Assembly (NCBI GenBank): GCA_012032135.1
Contig: JAAURS010000001.1
Location: forward strand, 1 to 43,161
Length of the DNA stretch: 43,161 bases
Direction of reading: 5' to 3'
Source: Acaryochloridaceae cyanobacterium RU_4_10
Lineage (GTDB): Bacteria > Cyanobacteriota > Cyanobacteriia > Thermosynechococcales > Thermosynechococcaceae
Below, one piece after another: positions 1-8,544 of this stretch. Numbering within the stretch: position 1 is the stretch's first letter; every line of letters begins with the position of its first letter. Below the pieces are notes generated by a model. It worked only from the letters and a program-made list of their open reading frames with translations, did not search any database and had not been told where the DNA came from. The translations under genes and the position numbers were made by a program.

Positions 1-161
1 ACCTCAGCGACCAGTTAAATCTTTTTTCTCTCGCGAGAGGATGACGTGCTCCCTCTATAACTTGCTCTAGCTGGGTGTTGTCTGAGTTTCCTAAAAAACT
101 CGATGTATTGGTTAAAAATCTGTTGGATGGCTGCTTGGTAATTTACTTTGACGGTATCCAT
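1..161 (-). pseudogene. xisI: XisI family protein, 5' part (runs off the window or is interrupted near nt 55)
   Basis: Hand translation MDTVKVNYQAAIQQIFNQYIEFLGNSDNTQLEQVI. It overlaps the xisH 3' end as in typical xisHI pairs. Similarity appears lost after about codon 35. Confidence 0.6.
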
Positions 162-565
162 TGGCTAATGACCTCCTGTTCGGGATTGAATGTGAGCAAT
201 CGAATCAATTTGTCTTCTAGCAAAATTTGTCCTGCTTCTTCTTCAAAGACTGATTTGTACACTGAGTCGGAAACGGCAAGGTAAAGGGTTCGTTCGGGGG
301 CGTATCGCAGCAGTAAGCGTTCGTATAAGATGAATTGGCCGAGAGCATCCTCTAAATCTTTTATATCGGATGCATGGGTAAAACTTTTGACTTCAACAGC
401 TATTTTCTCGGTGCCGCGATCGGCTGCTAGAAGTCGTTCTGCACCTAGATCGACGAACAGGTTTTTGCGGGTGAGGCGGATGCGAAAGGGATCGTGGGTG
501 ATCTGCTAGCCTGCTCTGGTGAGGGAGTTTTTGACACAATTGTGAAAGATGTCTTTGGCAGGCAT
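143..565 (-). pseudogene. xisH: XisH family protein with an in-frame TAG at codon 20
   Basis: Hand translation MPAKDIFHNCVKNSLTRAG*QITHDP...VDLGAERLLAADRGTEKIAVEVKSF...ALGQFILY...QWIPSK. TAG at 506-508 replaces the Trp of the conserved GW.ITHDP motif. Not in the ORF track. Confidence 0.85.
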
Positions 566-797
566 TGGCGATGTCTCCTTTCAATGATTGCGAAGTCTAT
601 TTCGATACCCTGAGTTGGTGAGAGTTTTGCAGAGGGTGTCTAGGATAAGTTGTTGGTGCTTGAGGTTTTGCAGCATGGAAGATTCCTGAGTTATTGGGGT
701 GATTCTGGAGGTTGGGATGATTTGTATGCTCACTTTGCTGGAGTTCGGCAACTGCTTTGCAAATGCCTCACCCAATGTTGACGAGATACCGCAGAAA

Positions 798-948
798 CTA
801 CGCTGTAATTCTGGGCAAATCTTCTGGTTTTCCAGTAAGTCGATTGATGTATTGGCCTTGATAGCCAAAGAGATTTAGTAACACAACGTCGAAATACCAC
901 AATCCTAAATCTGAGGCATCCCACCTTACATGTGTAGTTTGCGTTTCG
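798..948 (-). pseudogene. 3' remnant of a possible Apea-like HEPN protein
   Basis: LGLWYFDVVLLNLFGYQGQYINR resembles the C-terminal signature of Apea-like HEPN proteins. No proper start. Confidence 0.35.
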
Positions 949-987
949 TAAATAGTGAATTGGCGACGTATCCGCAACAACAATCAT
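949..987 (-). pseudogene. DUF3368-type PIN toxin, only first 13 codons
   Basis: MIVVADTSPIHYL overlaps the stop of the UPF0175 gene (ATGA), then similarity stops. Confidence 0.65.
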
Positions 988-1256
988 TCGTGTTGGTTTC
1001 GTAATTGGCGGAGTGCTTCAATATCGTGTTCGAGGTCCGCTTCAGTGTAATGAAGATATGCTTCATGTCCCTTCAGAAAATCATCCACCGCAAACCGAGA
1101 AGGCAACCCTAAAATGCGTCCCACTTCAGCACTCGTAATCTGTTCGGCCTTGTATGCTTCAACAACAAGATTTTCAAGAATATGCCGCGACAGAGCAGAC
1201 CGATCTATTTCAAGTTGGCAAGCCAGTTCATCAGGTATTTCAATCGTGATTTGCAT
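984..1256 (-). CDS. UPF0175 family putative antitoxin
   Basis: MQITIEIPDELA...EAYKAEQITSAEVGRILGLPSRFAVDDFLK...LHYTEADLEHD pattern, paired with a DUF3368 start. Confidence 0.8.
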   Translation of the reverse strand: MQITIEIPDELACQLEIDRSALSRHILENLVVEAYKAEQITSAEVGRILGLPSRFAVDDFLKGHEAYLHYTEADLEHDIEALRQLRNQHE

Positions 1257-1549
1257 GAAGACAACCTCCAAGATATTCAGATTACTTTGACCGATCTAAG
1301 CGGCGACAACTCAAGGTTCCTCTCCCGATTCTAGGCGATCGCCCAGGGTTTCAGTAAATCTGACAACGTGAAGCGTTGCAACCACTGGCTGTAGTGTTCG
1401 CTAATCGATCGTAAATAGGGCTGAAACTCGATCTCCGCTGCCATACCCCACCAAAGCTACGGGTTTCTCCTCTATGAGAAGCGAACCCTTGGCGTAAAGC
1501 GATCGTTCCAGCATCGTTCCCCGCTTGAATCTGAAATCCTGTAAACTCT

Positions 1550-2893
1550 TTGCATCATGAAAACTGTTACATTAACGTAGCCAAAAAGCCTAGCGTTTAT
1601 GAGAAACTCCCACTCAAATGCTCGCAGATTGCCAGACGTTTTAACGGATATCTAGCCGTTACCGTCATGGGGGTAATCCTTTTGGGATCTTGTGGTAAAT
1701 CCAGTAGTCCTTCTGCTGCTGACATGAAGTTGAAAATTGGAACGTTATTTCCAGCCACGGGAGACCTAGCCCCAATGGGACAGCCCATCACTGCCACCGT
1801 CCCACTGTTGGTCGAGCAGGTCAATCAATGCGGCGGTGTGAACGGTCAGCCCGTCGAGCTGATATCTGCCGATGACGAAACCGATCCGACAAAGGGCAAT
1901 ATCGCCATGACAAAACTTGCCGAGGTCGATAAAGTAGCAGGCGTTGTCGGTGGTTTTGCTAGTAGTGTTTCGCAAGCGGCAGTCGGTGTTGCCGTCCGCA
2001 ATAAAGTCATGATGGTGTCTCCTGCAAGTACCAGTCCAATTTTTACCGATCGCGCTAAAAAAGGGGATTTCAAAGGATTTTGGGCAAGAACCGTCCCTTC
2101 TGACACCTTTCAAGCGCGTGCCCTAGCCAAACTCGCGCATTCTAAAGGACTCAAGCGAGTGTCTACCGTCGCGATCAATAATGACTATGGCGTAGGGTTT
2201 GAACAGGAGTTTGTCTCCGTTTTTAAGCGATCGGGCGGCACCATTGTCAACGAACAAAAGCCAACGCGCTACGATCCCAGAAGTGCAACCCTCAACACCG
2301 AAGCTGAAGCAACCTTCAAGGGAAAACCCGATGGAGTGGCAGCTATTCTTTACGCCGAAACAGGTAGCTCACTCCTCAGATCTGCGTATCAGGAAGGGCT
2401 CACTCAAGGCGTACAACTCTTGCTCACAGATGGCGTAAAGTCCGATGATTTTGCGAAGCAGGTAGGTAAAACAAAAAGCGGTCAGTTCATTATTGAAGGA
2501 GCCATTGGAACCACAGCCAGGGCTGACGGGAAAGCGCTCAAAGCTCTGAACCAATTATGGATGGATAAGAAGAAATCTTTACCCTCCATTTATGTTCCGC
2601 AGACCTGGGATGCAGGGGCGTTGTTGGTCTTATCGGCGCAAGCAGCTCAGTCTAATACGGGGGAAGCAATTTCCAAAAAAATTCGAGAAGTATCCAGTGG
2701 ACACGGACAGGAGGTAACAGATGTTTGCAAGGGCTTAAGTCTCCTCAAAGCAGGCAAAAAAATTAACTATCAAGGAGCTAGCGGTACGGTAGACCTCGAT
2801 CGCAATGGGGACGTATCAGGGACTTATGAAGTCTGGCAAGTAGGAAGTGATGGAAAAATCAAAGTAACAAATACAGTTTTGTCTGCGGAATAA
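1550..2893 (+). CDS. Branched-chain/neutral amino acid ABC transporter substrate-binding lipoprotein (NatB-like); true start probably downstream of 1550
   Basis: Lipobox LLGSC, LKIGTLFPATGDLA, SPASTSP, NNDYGVG, INYQGASG motifs of the type 1 periplasmic binding fold. Confidence 0.85.
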   Translation: MHHENCYINVAKKPSVYEKLPLKCSQIARRFNGYLAVTVMGVILLGSCGKSSSPSAADMKLKIGTLFPATGDLAPMGQPITATVPLLVEQVNQCGGVNGQPVELISADDETDPTKGNIAMTKLAEVDKVAGVVGGFASSVSQAAVGVAVRNKVMMVSPASTSPIFTDRAKKGDFKGFWARTVPSDTFQARALAKLAHSKGLKRVSTVAINNDYGVGFEQEFVSVFKRSGGTIVNEQKPTRYDPRSATLNTEAEATFKGKPDGVAAILYAETGSSLLRSAYQEGLTQGVQLLLTDGVKSDDFAKQVGKTKSGQFIIEGAIGTTARADGKALKALNQLWMDKKKSLPSIYVPQTWDAGALLVLSAQAAQSNTGEAISKKIREVSSGHGQEVTDVCKGLSLLKAGKKINYQGASGTVDLDRNGDVSGTYEVWQVGSDGKIKVTNTVLSAE

Positions 2894-3028
2894 AATCTGA
2901 ATTGCAGCGATCGCAGTAAACTCAAGCCTTGCACTTCTCATTTAGCATTCATGATTCCCTCAGGGTCAATTCAGAGCAATGATGTAGTCTTGTTCCATAC
3001 CTCGCAGATCCGCTTGTTCGAAGTCATT

Positions 3029-3523
3029 ATGAAAAAACGATATTTTTTAAAAGCCAGTGCAGCAATGGTTGGTGCAGCCGTCCTATCTCGGTATTTATCG
3101 GCTTGCACTAAAGAAAAAGCATCTGCCAAAACACCCTTTGAAATCACCAAAACCGAAGCCGAGTGGCAGAAAATCCTCACCCCAGAACAGTTTTACGTCT
3201 TGCGCAAACACGGTACCGAACGCGCTGGCACCAGTCCCCTAGACCATCAATACGCAAAAGGTACCTATTATTGTGCGGGATGCAAACTACCTCTATTTAC
3301 CTCAAAAACAAAGTTCAATAGCGGTACTGGATGGCCTAGCTTTTACGATTCCATCAAAGGGGCGATCGGCACCTCCAATGACAACATGTTTGGGATGATT
3401 CGCACAGAAGTCCACTGTCGTCGCTGCGGCGGACATCTGGGCCATGTCTTCATCGATGGACCGCCCCCAACTGGCAAACGCTACTGCATGAATGGCGTAG
3501 CATTAAAATTTGTGCCTGCTTGA
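3029..3523 (+). CDS. msrB: Peptide-methionine (R)-S-oxide reductase MsrB with Tat-like leader
   Basis: GTERA, CAGC, KFNSGTGWPSF, CRRCGGHLGHVF, RYCMNG motifs. Leader KRYFLK. Confidence 0.95.
   Translation: MKKRYFLKASAAMVGAAVLSRYLSACTKEKASAKTPFEITKTEAEWQKILTPEQFYVLRKHGTERAGTSPLDHQYAKGTYYCAGCKLPLFTSKTKFNSGTGWPSFYDSIKGAIGTSNDNMFGMIRTEVHCRRCGGHLGHVFIDGPPPTGKRYCMNGVALKFVPA
3441..3497 (+). repeat. Copy 1 of 57-bp direct repeat (msrB 3' region)
   Basis: 51/57 identical to 8960-9016 by manual alignment. Confidence 0.9.
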
Positions 3524-3530
3524 AGCATCG

Positions 3531-3752
3531 TTAGACTACTCGCTCCCGTACCCAACGGCGAAACGCTTTGAGTGTTTGGCTGCGCCCTAGCGGCATCCGA
3601 ATCTCCAACACTCCGTTGCTATAGGCAATACGAGACGCGCGTTTATCTCCCAACTCCTCAAGAATTGCTTCAAACTCGCTCCAGTTGATGTCCTGAAGTT
3701 GGATGCTTTGCCCAGGCCGAACAACAAGCTGTCGAGGCTCAAGCGTTACCAT
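3531..3752 (-). pseudogene. Uma2 family endonuclease with an in-frame internal deletion
   Basis: Uma2 N-terminus (LQDINWSEFEAILEELG...RIAYSNGVLEIRMP) joined directly to a C-terminal-like GRSQTLKAFRRWVRE. The PD-(D/E)xK core is missing. Confidence 0.75.
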
Positions 3753-3818
3753 AAACTTTGACCTGAAGGGATGTGTTTATTATAGTGTTCGCTTGCTGAC
3801 GGCTGTTTTTTGAATGAA

Positions 3819-4229
3819 CTACAACTTCAGAAGACGAGTAAATCCGGCTTGTTCAAAATGATGATCGCTGGTCAGAACATCGCGAATATTGAACTGCTGC
3901 ATCAAAATAAATGAGGTGCAATCGACCAAAGACCAAGTTTTATCGAGACGGCTTTTGCAGAGGTTCCAGGCAGCTAAATCCGTCGCGGTATCGATATGGA
4001 CAATTTTCACGTAGGGAGTTGCCTTGATTGTGTCAACGATCTCAAAGATTTGAGGACGGGGACGGCGAAGTGGACTATGGAGTAGTGCAACCAACTCGGT
4101 GATGATGTAATTGCTAGTCAGCAACGTTTGCTGCTGTTGTCGAGCAGTTTGTAAGTATTGCGCGGCTTGAAGATGATAGGGTTCGTTGGAAATAAAGAGG
4201 CTGGCCCATCCAGCAGTATCGATAAACAT
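3819..4229 (-). CDS. VapC/PIN domain toxin
   Basis: FIDTAGW, TSNYIITE, WSLVDCTSF, LTSDHHFEQAGF PIN motifs. Confidence 0.9.
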   Translation of the reverse strand: MFIDTAGWASLFISNEPYHLQAAQYLQTARQQQQTLLTSNYIITELVALLHSPLRRPRPQIFEIVDTIKATPYVKIVHIDTATDLAAWNLCKSRLDKTWSLVDCTSFILMQQFNIRDVLTSDHHFEQAGFTRLLKL

Positions 4230-4230
4230 G

Positions 4231-4497
4231 CTATTTGCGATCGTGGATTTCTTCATAAAGTGCTTGACCGAGATAGTGGTCATGGTTTGCAGCTACATCG
4301 GTCACGTCTGTGGTGATACATCCAATCAGTTTCAGCAGTGGGTCTGCGGAATCATTAGGACTTGGAGATGGGGGGTTAAGGGTTTGAGCTAGCAGTTGCA
4401 GAATGAGTTCTTCGGCAGATTGATTGGTTTGGTTTGCTGCTTTGGCAAGAGCCTGCTCTAGCAAATCTGGCAAGGTAATGGTCAAAGTTTTAGACAT
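4231..4497 (-). CDS. Putative antitoxin (RHH-like N-terminus) of the downstream PIN toxin
   Basis: MSKTLTITLPD...DPLLKLIG...DVAANHDHYLG, ending 1 nt before the PIN start. Confidence 0.75.
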   Translation of the reverse strand: MSKTLTITLPDLLEQALAKAANQTNQSAEELILQLLAQTLNPPSPSPNDSADPLLKLIGCITTDVTDVAANHDHYLGQALYEEIHDRK

Positions 4498-4648
4498 GGT
4501 TGTTTTAAGAGGTAAGGGATGGGAATACAATAATATTCAGGTTGTGGAAAGGTGGGTTTTGCTAGTCAATTTGGAGCTTTTTCTTGCAGTATTAGCTAAA
4601 TTTGTCCCCTATGACCGTGAATGATGCTGACCTGAATTTGGGGTTTTA

Positions 4649-4900
4649 TTAAAGCTGTGGTTTTAGCCCACCTCTTTCGGTCTGAATATCGCTTCTAGCC
4701 AGGAAGGAAAACTCAATATTCATTAGGTCTAGGACTTTCAGAAATGCTTCAGGTTCAATGTTTAGGATTTCCGAAGCTTTTTGAAGGCTGACCAGTCGCA
4801 TCATGAGAGCACCTAAAATAAAGAGGAAGTTTTCTTTCTCTTCTAGGGTGTTGAAGAGTTGTACTTCGGCGGCGATGTTCTGTCGTATTGATGGCAGCAT
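4649..4900 (-). CDS. Small UPF0175-like protein (orphan antitoxin-like)
   Basis: VSLQKASEILNIEPEAFLKVLDLMNIEFSFL HTH-like segment. Confidence 0.5.
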   Translation of the reverse strand: MLPSIRQNIAAEVQLFNTLEEKENFLFILGALMMRLVSLQKASEILNIEPEAFLKVLDLMNIEFSFLARSDIQTERGGLKPQL

Positions 4901-4961
4901 AGGTTTTGATTCTTGGGGCTTGTGGTCGGAGTTGGGGCTTTTGATGGATAAAGGCTTAGAT

Positions 4962-5396
4962 CTAAGTTTTACCAATGCTTACATTCCCTTCGACAGTTGT
5001 AATAGCGGTGCCATAGTTCTGGCCGATGACCTGATTATGGTTGCCAATGACCTTCTGGACAATTTGGGTGCCGAGGGTGCCATCGGTGCCAGGTTCGTTG
5101 AGAATAGCGGCTAGGGTTTCGGCTAAGAAGGGGTCTTGAGCTAGGAGTTTCTGCAATTGCACCCGAAAGGCGGCTTGCAGATCGGGGTTATCTTGGGCGG
5201 CAGCTAGGTCTGTGATGGCTTCTTGGGCGGCGGGTTTTGCGGTTAGTTTGGGTGCTAATGCGGTCCAGATGGATTTGGCTTTATGTAGGGCATCGGCACC
5301 CATTTCTTCTAAAACACCATCAAAGACTTTGCTGCTGATGTTTAGAAAGGTAGGGAGGAAGGGGGTTAGGAAGGTTGCCAGTAGTCCAATATCCAT
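4962..5396 (-). CDS. Bell-like helical effector protein with a C-terminal amyloid-signalling-like motif
   Basis: Hydrophobic N-terminal helix MDIGLLATFLTPFLP, a ~100-aa helical domain (A...FRVQLQKLLAQDP.LAETL), then a G/N/Q-rich tail matching the N-terminus of the adjacent NLR. Confidence 0.8.
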   Translation of the reverse strand: MDIGLLATFLTPFLPTFLNISSKVFDGVLEEMGADALHKAKSIWTALAPKLTAKPAAQEAITDLAAAQDNPDLQAAFRVQLQKLLAQDPFLAETLAAILNEPGTDGTLGTQIVQKVIGNHNQVIGQNYGTAITTVEGNVSIGKT

Positions 5397-5415
5397 AGGT
5401 TGACCTCGTAAGAAA

Positions 5416-8055
5416 TTATTTCACTATCCAGACGATCAAGGAAATTAAGAGCATGACACCCGCAATGATTAAGGTTCCTTGAATTCCGATAACAATTAAA
5501 AGGACGACGCCCCCAAATAGGAGGAAAGGAATCTGCTTGATCCAAAATTTCTGTTTTTGTTTTAGGTTTTGGGCAATATCTAACCACTCGGTTACAGATT
5601 CGTAATCTGGTGTATTGCGAGGAATTTTAGTCAGGGCTTCTTGCCATAGTTGAATTGCCCGATCTTGCTGATCTTGAAGTTCATACAATCTCCCTAGATT
5701 TGCCAGATTTTCTCCCTCCCTATGGTGATCGCCAAGTTCTCGATAAATCTCAAGACTTTCTCGAAAACACCTAATTGACTCTGACCAAAGATTTAGTGCA
5801 TGGTAAACTATTCCTAAATTGTTAAGAGCTTGCCCTACTCCCTGAAGATCACGAATTTGTTCTCTGATTTCCAAACTTTGTGTAAGCCATTTCAATGCCT
5901 CATTCCATTGATTTTTATTCTGGTACCAAGTTCCTATATTATTGAGAGCTTCTCCTTCTCCGTAAGGATCATTTAGTTCTCGGCAAATAGCTAAACTCTG
6001 GGTAAAATAACTCATGGAGACATCCGAGCAACCTTGGGATTTATACAAGTTGCCCAAGTTCATAAGTGTATATGCTTCTGTTTTTTGATCGCAAAACTCT
6101 TGAGAAATAGATAAACTTTGTTCAAAATTTTTAATTGATTCATCCCAGAGACCTTGAACCTGGTAAATCCCTCCCAAGTTATTGAGAATAAGTCCTTCTC
6201 CGTAACGGTCTTCAAAATCCCTAAAAATATCTAAAGCTTTTTTGTAAAAACTAATGGCTTCAGAAAAAAGATTTTGATTCTGGAAAACAGTTCCTAGGTT
6301 TTGTAGCGCTGTAGCTTCTCCATATCTATCGCACAAATTTTGACAAATATCTCGACTCTGTTGGAAATTATCAACGGCTTCAGTCCATCGTCGCTGAGAA
6401 CGGTATGCTAATCCTAAATTATTGAGTACCAATTGTTTCAAGTATTCCTTTTCGGGACAAGTCTTCAAGCTTTGGGAAATTTCGAAACCCTTTTGACAAA
6501 CCTTTATGGATTCATTCCATCTATTCTGGGCTTGATAAATCATACCTAAATTGTTAAAAGCTACTCCTTGCCGATAAAAATCACCTTTTTGTTCTGCTGC
6601 ATTAACAGCTAACTTACAAGCTTTCTCCGCATCGGTTAGGTAAGACCTAATTTTGCAAAAGTCAACTAGATTCTCAGCTAGAAAAATAACTTCATCCCAC
6701 ATTTTTTCTTCATTAGCCCAGACGACAGAACTAAGTAAGTTTTGTCGTTCTTGTTCAAACGAAGACAAGGCAAGAATGGGGGAGTTTTGCTCATTAAATT
6801 TTGATGATCTACTTGTTTTGTTGATTGAGTGTTTAAAAATCTTTTGACGAGAAACTGGGTTCAATAGTTGATCGTTGCATCTTAATATCGTTCTCCACCA
6901 AATAATGAGTTTTTGTTTGATTTCAGATCTCTGTTGAAGTGAATTAGACTCTTCCAATTTCTGCCGAGCGAATAATCGAATCAAATCATGAAAACGATAA
7001 CGCCTATTTGAATTTGCTTCGAGTAGTTGTGTCTCTACTAGTCGCTCAACTATTTCAGTGCCTTTGGTTTTTCCTTCTGCCAAGACATCTGCAATCGTTG
7101 AATCAAAATCTTCTCCTTCTAAGATCCCTAGCCAACAAAATAAAGATGCGTCAGTATCAGTTAATTCTCGATAACTCAGTTCAAAACTGGCTCTTACATC
7201 CAGGTCGCTTAATTTCAAATGATCCAACCGCTGTCTTTCGTCCGCTAACCGCCGTGCATATTCTGACAGATTACAATGACGCTTCGTTTTTAATGCTCCG
7301 CCAACAACCCGAATCGCCAAGGGCAACTGCCCACAAAGCTGCACAATCTCCCTTGCCGCCGCTAACTCCTGCTGAACCCGTGCTGTACTGATTAACCGCT
7401 CTAACAATTCCAGTGCTTCCAGCTCAGGCAAAACCTCCAAATGGACAATTGCGGCCCCATCCAATGCCCCCAACACCCTCCGGCTCGTCACGATCACCGC
7501 ACAAGTCTGACTCCCAGGCAACAAAGGCCGCACCTGTGACTCATCGCGGGCATTATCCAACACCACGATCGCCCGTTTCCCCGACAACTGAGAACGAAAC
7601 ACGCTGCTCCGCTCCCGTAAATTCTGCGGCATAGCAGACTCATCCAACCCAAACGCCCGTAACCATTGGGCTAACACATCCGTAGGCTCTAACGCATTCC
7701 CATCCGCCCCACGCAAATCGATATACAACTGCACATCAGGAAACTCCGCTGCCGCCAACTGATGCGCCACATGAATCGCCAACGCCGACTTCCCCACCCC
7801 CGGCATCCCTGCCACCGCAGAAATTGCTACTGTCTCTCCCCGTTTTAGATGCTCTAGAATGCTTTCAATTTCGTTTTTACGTCCAGTAAAGTCTGAAACA
7901 TCTGCCGGAAGTTGATGAAGCGACAACGTTCTGGGTAGGGACTGGTTCAGAAAAACATTGCCCTCTACGGTGCCAATGGCAGTCCCAAGGTTGATTGCAA
8001 TGACCTGGTTGCGATCGCCCTCAACCTGCGCTCGGTTGGAATCATCATCCTTCAT
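5416..8055 (-). CDS. NLR-like STAND ATPase: N-terminal amyloid-like motif + NB-ARC + ~9 TPRs + C-terminal hydrophobic tail
   Basis: LPADVSDFTGR, Walker A GMPGVGKS, Walker B IVVLDNA, IVTSR, CGQLPLAI, FHDL. ~40-aa repeats of type GEALNNIG..YQ....W.EA......SLEI. Confidence 0.92.
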   Translation of the reverse strand: MKDDDSNRAQVEGDRNQVIAINLGTAIGTVEGNVFLNQSLPRTLSLHQLPADVSDFTGRKNEIESILEHLKRGETVAISAVAGMPGVGKSALAIHVAHQLAAAEFPDVQLYIDLRGADGNALEPTDVLAQWLRAFGLDESAMPQNLRERSSVFRSQLSGKRAIVVLDNARDESQVRPLLPGSQTCAVIVTSRRVLGALDGAAIVHLEVLPELEALELLERLISTARVQQELAAAREIVQLCGQLPLAIRVVGGALKTKRHCNLSEYARRLADERQRLDHLKLSDLDVRASFELSYRELTDTDASLFCWLGILEGEDFDSTIADVLAEGKTKGTEIVERLVETQLLEANSNRRYRFHDLIRLFARQKLEESNSLQQRSEIKQKLIIWWRTILRCNDQLLNPVSRQKIFKHSINKTSRSSKFNEQNSPILALSSFEQERQNLLSSVVWANEEKMWDEVIFLAENLVDFCKIRSYLTDAEKACKLAVNAAEQKGDFYRQGVAFNNLGMIYQAQNRWNESIKVCQKGFEISQSLKTCPEKEYLKQLVLNNLGLAYRSQRRWTEAVDNFQQSRDICQNLCDRYGEATALQNLGTVFQNQNLFSEAISFYKKALDIFRDFEDRYGEGLILNNLGGIYQVQGLWDESIKNFEQSLSISQEFCDQKTEAYTLMNLGNLYKSQGCSDVSMSYFTQSLAICRELNDPYGEGEALNNIGTWYQNKNQWNEALKWLTQSLEIREQIRDLQGVGQALNNLGIVYHALNLWSESIRCFRESLEIYRELGDHHREGENLANLGRLYELQDQQDRAIQLWQEALTKIPRNTPDYESVTEWLDIAQNLKQKQKFWIKQIPFLLFGGVVLLIVIGIQGTLIIAGVMLLISLIVWIVK

Positions 8056-8156
8056 GAACTTAGAGCTTTATTAAGATTAAGAAAAGAATCTTCTCTATCA
8101 TAGCCAGCCCATAGATGAGTTAAGGCACGTTCAGCCAATACAATCGCGATCGATCA

Positions 8157-8199
8157 GAGATCGCCAAAACTAAACCGAAGCTTGGGTCATGCGATCGCC
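8157..8199 (+). repeat. Copy 1 of 43-bp HIP1-bounded direct repeat
   Basis: 35/43 identical to 8914-8956. Starts with a HIP1 variant (GAGATCGC) and has a perfect HIP1 at its right end. Confidence 0.8.
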
Positions 8200-8276
8200 A
8201 ATGCTCCATAAACTCAATAACAAATATTGCTAATTTTTGCTATCAAAGCTAGAATTTCTCTCAGGAGGATATACCT

Positions 8277-8534
8277 ATGAACATCTCATTGACCCCAGAA
8301 CTTAAAAAATTCATCGCAGATCGAGTCCAGAGTGGCCTGTACCACTCTTCCAGCGAAGTGGTCAGAGAAGCATTAAGACTCCTTCAAGAACAACAGATGT
8401 TCAAAGAGATCAAACTTGCTGAGTTAAAGCAAGAAATTCAAAAAGGCAAAGACAGTGGCCCATCAAAAGAACTAGATATCGAAGACGTGATTCGTCGAGG
8501 TAAAAAACGCCTTGCCAATCAGTCCAGTTCTTGA
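8277..8534 (+). CDS. ParD family (RHH) antitoxin
   Basis: MNISLTPEL..FI...VQSGLYHSSSEVVREALRLL...GKDSG signature. RBS AGGAGG upstream. Confidence 0.9.
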   Translation: MNISLTPELKKFIADRVQSGLYHSSSEVVREALRLLQEQQMFKEIKLAELKQEIQKGKDSGPSKELDIEDVIRRGKKRLANQSSS

Positions 8535-8544
8535 CGAAAACATC

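Noticed and set aside
506-508. TAG recoding (pyrrolysine or alternative genetic code)
   Set aside because: Single instance at a Trp codon, and TAG is used as a normal stop by many genes in the window.
1343-1500. GGGTTTCAG / TAGGGCTGAAAC motifs (also at ~42611) as a CRISPR leader or MITE
   Set aside because: Only a 12-nt match, with no array and no clear element boundaries.
5600-6600. ~120-nt periodicity as a possible CRISPR array or DGR-like repeat
   Set aside because: Explained by 40-aa TPR coding repeats. There are no identical DNA repeats with spacers and no cas or RT gene.
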